This document shows positions 56,848-64,000 of a stretch of 64,000 nucleotides of DNA, in pieces (position 1 is the stretch's first letter; every line of letters starts with the position of its first letter). The DNA is taken from NCBI GenBank assembly GCA_033549025.1, contig JAWSUS010000013.1, positions 1 through 64,000 on the forward strand, given 5' to 3'. The position numbers and the translations under genes were made by a program. Under the pieces are notes generated by a model that had not been told where the DNA came from, made no database searches, and saw nothing but the letters and a program-made list of their open reading frames with translations. This DNA is from Desulfuromonadales bacterium (GTDB taxonomy: Bacteria > Desulfobacterota > Desulfuromonadia > Desulfuromonadales > SZUA-540).

Positions 56848-57013
56848 ATATTCTCCCCTGGTCTGAACAAAAAGGTCGAAAAGCCCATGCGGCTTCCTGA
56901 CAGCCGTGCCATTAAGTTTCGATAATTCTACCCGGCGAACCCCGGAGATACAAGGAGTTATTCTCCGGCAAAACGCCGGTCTCTTTGCCCCAGCAACACC
57001 TGGTCTGAAATAT

Positions 57014-58225
57014 TTAATCCTTGACAGCCACAACGATATACACCGGATTGTAGGCCTCGAACATCTTGTAATCGGTCAAGGGTCGGGTGCGGGCGATGTT
57101 GATGGTCGTCACCTCGACCTGGTAGCCAGCGTTGTCGAAGAATTCGTTGGCGGCCGTCAGCGTATCGAGGGTGGTGGCGTTCAGCACGATGCGCCCTTCG
57201 GCGGGGAGACGGCCATCGACCGCCTCAAGGATATCCCAAAGATTCCCTCCCGACCCCCCGATAAAAACCCGGTCGGGGTCGGGCAGATCGTCAAACACGG
57301 CCGGCGCCTCGCCTTCAATCAGGGTCACGTGGCGGGCGTTGAAGCGGTTCAGGTTTTCCTTGATGAAGCCGACATACTGGTCATTGCGCTCGATGGCGAA
57401 GATGCGGCCATTGGGGAGCAGGGAATCCGCTTCGATACTGACCGAACCGGAGCCCGCCCCGACGTCCCACAGAACCATGTCGTGGCGCAGGTTGAGCTTG
57501 GCCAGGGTCACCACCCGGATTTCTTCCTTGGTGATCAGGTGCTTGGTGGTCGAAAATTCCTCGTCGGGAATGCCGAGGGTGGGGATGTAGTCGTCGCCTC
57601 CCCCCTCGTATTCCTTGATGAGGATGAGGACATTGAGGGGAGCGGCCTTGATATCCAGCAATCCGCGCACATCGGTAACGACAATGCGTTCCTCGGCAGT
57701 ACCGAGATTCTCGCAGAGGTAGGCAGCGTAGCCTTCCCGGCCCCGCCGGATCATCTCCCCGGCGATGGCGGCCGGCGTGTTGATCTTGTCGGTCAGCACG
57801 GCCGCCTTGTCGTTGGCGACGATGCGATCAACCGCCCCTTTGATGCCCCGCCCTTCGGCGGAGATAAAGACGGCATCGTCCCACGGCTCCTTGATCTTCG
57901 CGAAGGCATACTGCACCGAACTGACGTTGGGCACAAAGTCGAGGCTTTCTTCGGGGAGATTGCGCAGCAGGTAGCGCCCGATGCTGAAAAAGAGCGGATC
58001 GCCGGTGGCAAGGATCACGGAAGTTCCTTTTTCGGTGTTCAGGCGTTCAAGCAGGCCGGCAGCGCTGCTGTCGACTACGACCTTTTCCCCGGAGAAATCC
58101 GGGAACAGGGCCAGCAGATGCTCGCTGCCGAAGAGACGCACAGCCTGATTGATAATATCGAGGGCGCGGCCGCTGAATCCTTCCTGACCCTCTACACCTG
58201 CTCCGATCACGTACACTTTTTTCAT
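57014..58225 (-). CDS. cbiET: Bifunctional cobalt-precorrin C5/C15 methyltransferase (CbiE-CbiT fusion)
   Basis: LATGDPLF, ITKEEIR, WDVGAGSGSVSIE, PDRVFIGGS. Confidence 0.93.
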   Translation of the reverse strand: MKKVYVIGAGVEGQEGFSGRALDIINQAVRLFGSEHLLALFPDFSGEKVVVDSSAAGLLERLNTEKGTSVILATGDPLFFSIGRYLLRNLPEESLDFVPNVSSVQYAFAKIKEPWDDAVFISAEGRGIKGAVDRIVANDKAAVLTDKINTPAAIAGEMIRRGREGYAAYLCENLGTAEERIVVTDVRGLLDIKAAPLNVLILIKEYEGGGDDYIPTLGIPDEEFSTTKHLITKEEIRVVTLAKLNLRHDMVLWDVGAGSGSVSIEADSLLPNGRIFAIERNDQYVGFIKENLNRFNARHVTLIEGEAPAVFDDLPDPDRVFIGGSGGNLWDILEAVDGRLPAEGRIVLNATTLDTLTAANEFFDNAGYQVEVTTINIARTRPLTDYKMFEAYNPVYIVVAVKD

Positions 58226-58307
58226 ATAACCCCTCTCAGGTTACGCCGCTGGGCGACAGCGCTTCCCAAACGTCGCCCCTCAAGGCGGCGGCTATAAAAT
58301 GCCCCCC

Positions 58308-58907
58308 TCAGCCGTTCAACAGGGAAACAACCCTGGGACCGTCGGGGTGATAATCGATGATATTGAGACAACCGAAATCCTGCGCCAGGTGAAACATTTT
58401 ATCGAGGGGCGCGCCGATGGCGTCGAGCAGAATGAGGCGATTTACGCCGCCGTGTCCGACGATGACGACCTCTTCCCCGGGGTGGGCACGGAGGATATCC
58501 TCCAGGGCCGGGCGCACCCGCTGGGCCAGGTCAAGGAGATTCTCCCCGCCGGGGACCCGGTAATGGACCAGATCGTCGAGACGGTTCTGCCATTGCTGGG
58601 GATAACTCGCCTGCAGTTCCTGCCAGGTGCGTCCTTCCCACTCGCCGACATGAAGTTCGCGCAGAGCCGGTTTGATCAGCGGCTCCAGGCCATGCGCGTG
58701 GCCGAGAATCCTGGCCCCTTCCACGCAGCGCCCCAGGTCGCTGGCATAGACAGCCTTAATGGCCCTCTCCTGCAGGCGCATCTGCAGCATGCCGAACTGG
58801 GCCCGCCCTTTTTCGGTCAGGGCCACCTCGCTCTGGCCATTATACCGCTTCTGCTCATGTCCCTGAACCTGGCCATGGCGGATAAGGTAAACGCGAGTAG
58901 GATTCAT
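58308..58907 (-). CDS. cobC: Histidine phosphatase, probable alpha-ribazole phosphatase
   Basis: LIRHG, SDL.R, HGGVNR; adjacent to cbiET. Confidence 0.8.
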   Translation of the reverse strand: MNPTRVYLIRHGQVQGHEQKRYNGQSEVALTEKGRAQFGMLQMRLQERAIKAVYASDLGRCVEGARILGHAHGLEPLIKPALRELHVGEWEGRTWQELQASYPQQWQNRLDDLVHYRVPGGENLLDLAQRVRPALEDILRAHPGEEVVIVGHGGVNRLILLDAIGAPLDKMFHLAQDFGCLNIIDYHPDGPRVVSLLNG

Positions 58908-58940
58908 CTATACTCCAGTTCCATGCGACACGCTGCCTTG

Positions 58941-58970
58941 GTTGTAGCAAACCGCCGGAAAACCTGTCAA
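58941..58970 (-). promoter_or_regulatory. Sigma-70-type promoter for cobC-cbiET
   Basis: TTGACA-N18-TACAAC with extended TG. Confidence 0.5.
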
Positions 58971-59023
58971 CGAAATAGAGGGACGCACCGCCTGTCGCCT
59001 CCTGCAAACAGAGCCTTCATCCT

Positions 59024-59653
59024 TCAGCGATACACGCGGTCATCCGCCATGATCATTTCGAACAGCTGCATGGGGGATACGTCATACCGCCGGGCGAGGT
59101 CTTTAAGCGGGACCTCCGCCGACTCCGCCGGATAGCCCTCTTCGGCGAGCACCTCTAGCGCCGCGGCCAGGTTGAGGTCGATGCGCCGGGCCAGCTCTGC
59201 CAGCGGCATCAGTTCGGCGTGAGGAAAGGGAGGCTGCACATCTTCGCCGGCGTACCAGGCCTTCTTGGCGGCGGCGCCCAACTCCATGACCTGCGAAAAG
59301 GGCGTCCACTGGGCCGCACTGCCGCCGATGACGACCAGACCAAGGACCAGGGCGGCGGCCAGCTCGCGGCGCAGGGTGAACTGTTGCCTCAGGCGGTCTT
59401 TCAGGTAGGCCATCAGCACGCGCCAGTTGTAGTAAAGGTGAAAAATCAGGACCAGGAAAAAGAGGAAGCTGAGGTTGGTATGCACGCTGCCCCAGGCCTC
59501 TTTGGTCAGCCCCAGCAGCCTCCAGTCGGTCCAGTAGGCCACCCGGCCCTCGGGAACGACATAGAGAACGAAGCCGGAGACCGTCATGACCAGGCCGCTC
59601 AGGGTGACCAGCAGGGTAATAAAGTTGCGCAGACGAAAGGGTGATGAAGACAT
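59024..59653 (-). CDS. DUF4405-like membrane protein
   Basis: SGFVLY..P.GRVAYW, WGSVH, FHLYYNW (two intramembrane His). Confidence 0.75.
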   Translation of the reverse strand: MSSSPFRLRNFITLLVTLSGLVMTVSGFVLYVVPEGRVAYWTDWRLLGLTKEAWGSVHTNLSFLFFLVLIFHLYYNWRVLMAYLKDRLRQQFTLRRELAAALVLGLVVIGGSAAQWTPFSQVMELGAAAKKAWYAGEDVQPPFPHAELMPLAELARRIDLNLAAALEVLAEEGYPAESAEVPLKDLARRYDVSPMQLFEMIMADDRVYR

Positions 59654-59751
59654 GATCGCTCTCCGTATCGGACGACAGCCGGCGAACCGGGCGGGCTCGA
59701 TGGACCATCCGTGTATTGCTGGGGAAATCTCGGCACAGGACGGAAGGGAAG

Positions 59752-60366
59752 TCAGTTGTCCTCTGTGGCTGCGGCGGGGCGCTCCTGGGCCAGCGCCGCC
59801 TCGATCCTTTCCCACACCTCGTCCCGGCCTTCGCGGTTGAGGGCGGAGAAGAGGCTGAAGGCATCCCGCGGCAGACCCGTGGCGTCCAGAATCGGCTTGA
59901 TCTGCTTTTCCCGCTGCCCCCGGGAGACTTTATCCACCTTGGTCAGAACGGGGATGGTCGGAATCTGGTACTCCTCCAGCCAGTCGAGCAGTTGGAGATC
60001 CTCTTCCCGGGGAACCCGGCGAATGTCGAAAAGTATGACGACCGCCCGCAGGTTGTGACGTCTTTCCAGAAAGGTGCGCACCATGGGACCCCAGTCTTTC
60101 TTGACCGCCAGGGGAACCTTGGCAAAACCATAGCCGGGCAAATCGACCAGGGAGAAAGTGCCGTTGATGTCGAAAAAATTCAGCAGCTGGGTGCGGCCCG
60201 GCGTCGAGGACGTTCGGACCAGGGCCTTGCGGTTGACCAGAACGTTAATCAGGGAGCTTTTCCCCACATTGCTGCGACCGGCGAAGGCCACCTCGGGGAG
60301 ATCGCTGGCGGGATAATTGTCGGGGCGGGTGGCGCTTTTGACGAATTCTGCGGATTTAATGAGCAA
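59752..60366 (-). CDS. yihA: GTP-binding protein YihA/EngB
   Basis: [25 protein letters not shown]. Confidence 0.95.
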   Translation of the reverse strand: MLIKSAEFVKSATRPDNYPASDLPEVAFAGRSNVGKSSLINVLVNRKALVRTSSTPGRTQLLNFFDINGTFSLVDLPGYGFAKVPLAVKKDWGPMVRTFLERRHNLRAVVILFDIRRVPREEDLQLLDWLEEYQIPTIPVLTKVDKVSRGQREKQIKPILDATGLPRDAFSLFSALNREGRDEVWERIEAALAQERPAAATEDN

Positions 60367-60464
60367 GAGACCCCCGTGAAAAGTTGTTGATATCTGTTAG
60401 ACTGAAGGATCGTCAGAATAGCCCAGTTCCCATGGATTTGCAACGATACCGCCCGGTGGTGCGC

Positions 60465-60493
60465 TGGACAAAGCGAACTGCCGTGGTTATAAT
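60465..60493 (+). promoter_or_regulatory. Sigma-70 promoter for ferritin
   Basis: TGGACA-N17-TATAAT. Confidence 0.7.
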
Positions 60494-60534
60494 TTTGGCC
60501 AGTTCAACGGAAGCAGACGATGGAGGAGAACGCC

Positions 60535-61050
60535 ATGCTCAGCCCCAAGATGCAGGACGCCTTGAACGAACAGATGAAAAACGAATTCTTTTCCGCTTAT
60601 CTCTACATGGCCATGGCCGGCTACTTTCAGTCGGAAGATCTGCCCGGCCTTGCCAGCTGGATGCGCGTACAGGCCCTGGAGGAGATGACCCATGGCGAGA
60701 TGTTCTTCAACTTCATCTGCGACGCCGGCGGGCGCACCCACCTTTTGCCCGTGGATGAACCCCAAAATGATTTCTCCTCGCCGCTGGACGCCTTCGAATA
60801 CGGCCTCAAACACGAACAGTTCGTGACCGAGCGCATCGGCAAACTGCTCGATCTGGCCCGCGCTGAAAACAGTCACGCCGCCCAGGTTTTCCTGCAATGG
60901 TTCGTCACCGAGCAAGTTGAGGAAGAGGCCAGCTTCTCCCTGATCATCCGCAAACTGTCCCGCGTCAAGGACGACGGGCGCGGGCTGCTCATGGTCGATC
61001 AGGAACTGGGCCAGCGCGTCTTTACCCCGCCCGCCGCCTCAGGAGCTTAA
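60535..61050 (+). CDS. ftnA: Non-heme ferritin
   Basis: LNEQ...E..SAYLY, EEMTH, HEQ.VT, LQWFVTEQVEEE; GGAGGAG RBS. Confidence 0.92.
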   Translation: MLSPKMQDALNEQMKNEFFSAYLYMAMAGYFQSEDLPGLASWMRVQALEEMTHGEMFFNFICDAGGRTHLLPVDEPQNDFSSPLDAFEYGLKHEQFVTERIGKLLDLARAENSHAAQVFLQWFVTEQVEEEASFSLIIRKLSRVKDDGRGLLMVDQELGQRVFTPPAASGA

Positions 61051-61133
61051 GCGTTTTTGGCGCCGGCGCCGGCAACACTTCACCGCTATGACCATCGGGT
61101 CACCATCACAATTTACGTGCAAAGGAGAGACAC

Positions 61134-61619
61134 ATGGATTTACAGGAAGCGATCAAACGTTCCATCCAAACCGAAAAAAACGCCATGGACTTTTACCGTC
61201 TGGCGGCAACCCACATGAAAGACGCCGACGCCAAACGCGTTTTCGAGGTTCTGGCTCGGGATGAAAAAGAACATGCCGGGCAGTTCTTCGCCATCTACCA
61301 GGGCGGCGATATCAGCTCTTTCGATGACTTCATCGCCAAGCCCCCCAAGGAGGAGTCCGACTGGATGGCCGATCTGCGCAAAATGCTTGACGCCGATTTC
61401 AACGAGCGCCAGGCCATGGAACTGGCCATGAAAAAAGAGCAGCAACTGGAAAAGGCGCTGCGGGAGATGGCCGCCAAGATCGACGATCCCCAAGTGCGCC
61501 AGGTATACGAAGACAACGCCAAATCCACCAATCATCACTACCAGGTGATCGAATCGGAATACGCCCGCCTCATGGGCATGGTGCACGAGACGGACATCGA
61601 TACCTTCGTGCGCGAATAG
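61134..61619 (+). CDS. Rubrerythrin/ferritin-like di-iron protein
   Basis: E..AMDFY...DEKEH; second helical pair degenerate (STNHH). Confidence 0.8.
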   Translation: MDLQEAIKRSIQTEKNAMDFYRLAATHMKDADAKRVFEVLARDEKEHAGQFFAIYQGGDISSFDDFIAKPPKEESDWMADLRKMLDADFNERQAMELAMKKEQQLEKALREMAAKIDDPQVRQVYEDNAKSTNHHYQVIESEYARLMGMVHETDIDTFVRE

Positions 61620-61641
61620 TCCCGCCACGGATATAGCATGG

Positions 61642-61681
61642 AAAAAGCCTGCCCCGACTTCAGCGCGGGGCAGGCTTTTTT
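61642..61681. terminator. Bidirectional terminator
   Basis: AAAAAGCCTGCCCCG...CGGGGCAGGCTTTTTT between convergent genes. Confidence 0.88.
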
Positions 61682-61691
61682 GTGCAGGCCG

Positions 61692-64000
61692 TCAGGACGG
61701 GTCGCCGCTCTTGTTCGGCTCCAGCGGGATGGTGAAGCTCACCTTCGTGCCTCGGCCCGCCTCGCTCTCCACCCAGATTTTACCCCCGTGCATCTCCACA
61801 ATGGTTCTGGCGATGCTCATGCCCAGGCCCAGTCCGCCAATCGCCGTATCGGAGGCATCGGCCCGATAGAACTTCTCGAAAACCCTTTCCACCTGCGCCG
61901 GCGTCATGCCGATGCCCTGGTCTTCCACCGTCACCAGCAGGCGATCCTCCAGTTTTTGTCCCTCAACCCGGATGGTTCCGCCCTCAGGGGAGTATTTGAC
62001 CGCATTGCTGACGAGGTTGTCCAGCACCTGGGCCATCTTGTCCTTGTCCACGAGGACTTCGGTCACCGCTTGCGGCACGGCGATCTCGAAATGATGCTTG
62101 CCTTCTTCACGCTGGTAAGGATTCACTACCTTCAGCAGACATTCGCCCATATTGCAGGGAGCCCGGTGGAGAACAATAACCCGGCCCGACTCGATACGGC
62201 TCAGATTGAGCAGGTCGTCGACGATCTTCTCCAGGTGTTGGACCTTGTCGTAAATCGTCTGGGCGTAGTCGCGGGACTGTTCGTCCCCTGTCTCGTCCTG
62301 ATGGGTCTGCAGAAGCTCGGCATACCCCATGATAACCGCCAGGGGCGTACTCAATTCATGGGCCGCGGTGGCAATAAACTCGCTCTTCATGCGGTCGATC
62401 TCCCGCTCCCGCGTCACGTCGTGGAGCAGGGTGATCCATTCTCCGCCCGAGCGATCACGCCGATGTACCGGCGCCGTTCTGGCTTCCATGATACGGGCCG
62501 CTTCGCCGTCCTCACTAGGTAGCTCGAACACCAAGGGATCGTCCACCTTCTCCCCCGCGATGGTCCGCTGCAGGTATTGGCGCAATACCCCGGGCAGAGG
62601 GACCTGTGCCAAAGAAAGATGCGACATGGCAGGGCAATGCAGGGACAGAATCTTCTCGGCCACCGGATTGGCCATGACGAGATGTCCGCCACGGTCGGTG
62701 ACCAGCAGACCGTCGACGACCGAACGCAGAATGGCATCGATGCGGTCCCGGGCTTCCTGGGCGTTTTCCAGAGCCAGCGTCAGTGCGGCCTCCGCTTCCT
62801 GCCGGGCCGTAATATCGTCGTACAGGGCGACCACTTCGCCGGAGGGCAAACGATAGAGCCGGTTTTCCTGCCAGCGGACCTTGTCAGAGCTTCCCGGTGC
62901 CACCGAAGAGAACATCTCCGAGTTCCCGCTCTTCCAGACCCTTTTGAGCGCCTTGAAAATTTCGGTATCGCAGATTTCGGGCAAGGACTCGCACAGGCCT
63001 TTGCCAATCAGCTCTACCCGGACCATCCCCCCCATCTTCCTGGCGGCCTGATTGCAGTCAACCAGAATGAAGTCTTCCCCGTTGTCCAGGGGTTCATAGA
63101 TGGCCACGCCACTGTTCATATGACTGAACAGTTCGGTGAAGCGTGTCTCGCTCTTCTGGCGGGCCTCTTCGGCCTCTTTGCGTTCCGTCACGTCCAGAAG
63201 AATCCCCTCGATCGCCAGCAGGCGGTCGTTTTGGTCAAAAACGCCGCAGCCCTGATCGACGACCCAGCGCTCTCTCCCCTGACTGTCGAGCAGGCGGTAT
63301 TCAACCTGGAACAGGTTCTTCTGCTCGACGCTCGCCTGAATGTGTTCCCATACCCGTTCCTGATCCTGGGGATTGATCAGGTCGGCAAAGGCGACGGTGC
63401 GATTGTCGATCAGGTCCTCGGGCGTATAGCCGATCAACTCCTGGCTGCCGGCACTGACAAATTCCATGCTCCAGGACGGATCGTTTTTGCAGCGGTAGAC
63501 CATGCCTGGCAGATTGCCCATCAGGGTGGCCAGCTTGCGTTGCTCCTCCCGCAGGTTCGCTCCCATGCGGCGAAGCTGCCGCCGGTTGACCAGAAGAGCC
63601 ACCGACAGCAGGATAAAAAGGAGCAGCACCCCGAAAACCAACCAGAAAATGACTTTGTTTACCGTATAGACCGGGTCCGGCGGATAAAGAATCTGGCTGT
63701 CGGGCGGCAGTTCAGCCAGTTTGATACTGAACCGGCTCAGCTGCCGATAGTCGAACATGGCGCGGTTGGCCCCTTTGGTCACCACGGGGATCGATTCGGT
63801 CGGTTCTCCCTGCAGAATACGTACCCCGATATCCGCGGCCATCTCACCCTGAGCACTCCCGCTGACCAGCACGCCGCCGATGACCCCATGTCCGAAGTTC
63901 AGGTCCCAGGGTCCCCACAGGGGGACTGTACTGGCCTGGCTGAGGATCGACGTGGCCTCCTTGGGCTTCAGCACCTGGCCGTGGGTATCGGTGACAAACC
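61692..64000 (-). CDS. Multi-PAS sensor histidine kinase with periplasmic substrate-binding-like domain (5' end outside the window)
   Basis: Frame open to the window edge; TM helix, three PAS-like domains, HELSTPL, GLGLG. Confidence 0.92.
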   Translation of the reverse strand, partial: FVTDTHGQVLKPKEATSILSQASTVPLWGPWDLNFGHGVIGGVLVSGSAQGEMAADIGVRILQGEPTESIPVVTKGANRAMFDYRQLSRFSIKLAELPPDSQILYPPDPVYTVNKVIFWLVFGVLLLFILLSVALLVNRRQLRRMGANLREEQRKLATLMGNLPGMVYRCKNDPSWSMEFVSAGSQELIGYTPEDLIDNRTVAFADLINPQDQERVWEHIQASVEQKNLFQVEYRLLDSQGRERWVVDQGCGVFDQNDRLLAIEGILLDVTERKEAEEARQKSETRFTELFSHMNSGVAIYEPLDNGEDFILVDCNQAARKMGGMVRVELIGKGLCESLPEICDTEIFKALKRVWKSGNSEMFSSVAPGSSDKVRWQENRLYRLPSGEVVALYDDITARQEAEAALTLALENAQEARDRIDAILRSVVDGLLVTDRGGHLVMANPVAEKILSLHCPAMSHLSLAQVPLPGVLRQYLQRTIAGEKVDDPLVFELPSEDGEAARIMEARTAPVHRRDRSGGEWITLLHDVTREREIDRMKSEFIATAAHELSTPLAVIMGYAELLQTHQDETGDEQSRDYAQTIYDKVQHLEKIVDDLLNLSRIESGRVIVLHRAPCNMGECLLKVVNPYQREEGKHHFEIAVPQAVTEVLVDKDKMAQVLDNLVSNAVKYSPEGGTIRVEGQKLEDRLLVTVEDQGIGMTPAQVERVFEKFYRADASDTAIGGLGLGMSIARTIVEMHGGKIWVESEAGRGTKVSFTIPLEPNKSGDPS

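Noticed and set aside
56896..56911. TGGCAC on the minus strand upstream of the PilZ gene as a sigma-54 promoter
   Set aside because: The -12 GC is missing at the required spacing (GG-N10-AG).
58908..59023. Cobalamin riboswitch before cobC-cbiET (also checked before nikMN and metH)
   Set aside because: Intergenic space is too short and no B12-box is visible.

Overview
A GC-rich (about 60%) chromosomal window, most consistent with a metal-reducing Desulfuromonadales bacterium (Desulfuromonas/Geobacter-like; inferred from gene content). Left to right it contains: two tandem copies of a RAYT/TnpA-Y1 HUH nuclease gene, missed by the ORF track because the frames run off the window; a porin-cytochrome electron-conduit operon (beta-barrel, 10-heme cytochrome, 13-heme lipoprotein) with a sigma-54 promoter; a methyltransferase and a CoA-disulfide reductase-like gene; a heme-c sensor kinase with an NtrC-type regulator; housekeeping genes (split transketolase, metH, murI); a NikR-controlled ECF nickel transporter interrupted by an NrdR-controlled class III ribonucleotide reductase locus; an 18-kb sigma-54 chemosensory and c-di-GMP island bracketed by heme-c sensors; liv and polar amino-acid ABC transporters; azlCD, pcm, ylqF, a PilZ protein, cbiET, cobC, yihA, ferritin, a rubrerythrin-like gene and a partial PAS kinase. 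The most notable observations are (1) NrdD is split, with its glycyl-radical loop on a separate 48-aa ORF and the break inside the Zn-binding motif; (2) a coherent circuit of heme sensor, enhancer palindromes, sigma-54 promoter, chemosensory genes and c-di-GMP output; (3) a CZB zinc-sensor domain inserted in a periplasmic chemoreceptor domain; (4) low-GC, apparently swapped, extracytoplasmic domains in the outer-surface cytochrome and one chemoreceptor. No rRNA, tRNA, CRISPR array or riboswitch was recognised. All family calls come from reading motifs by eye, not from database searches.
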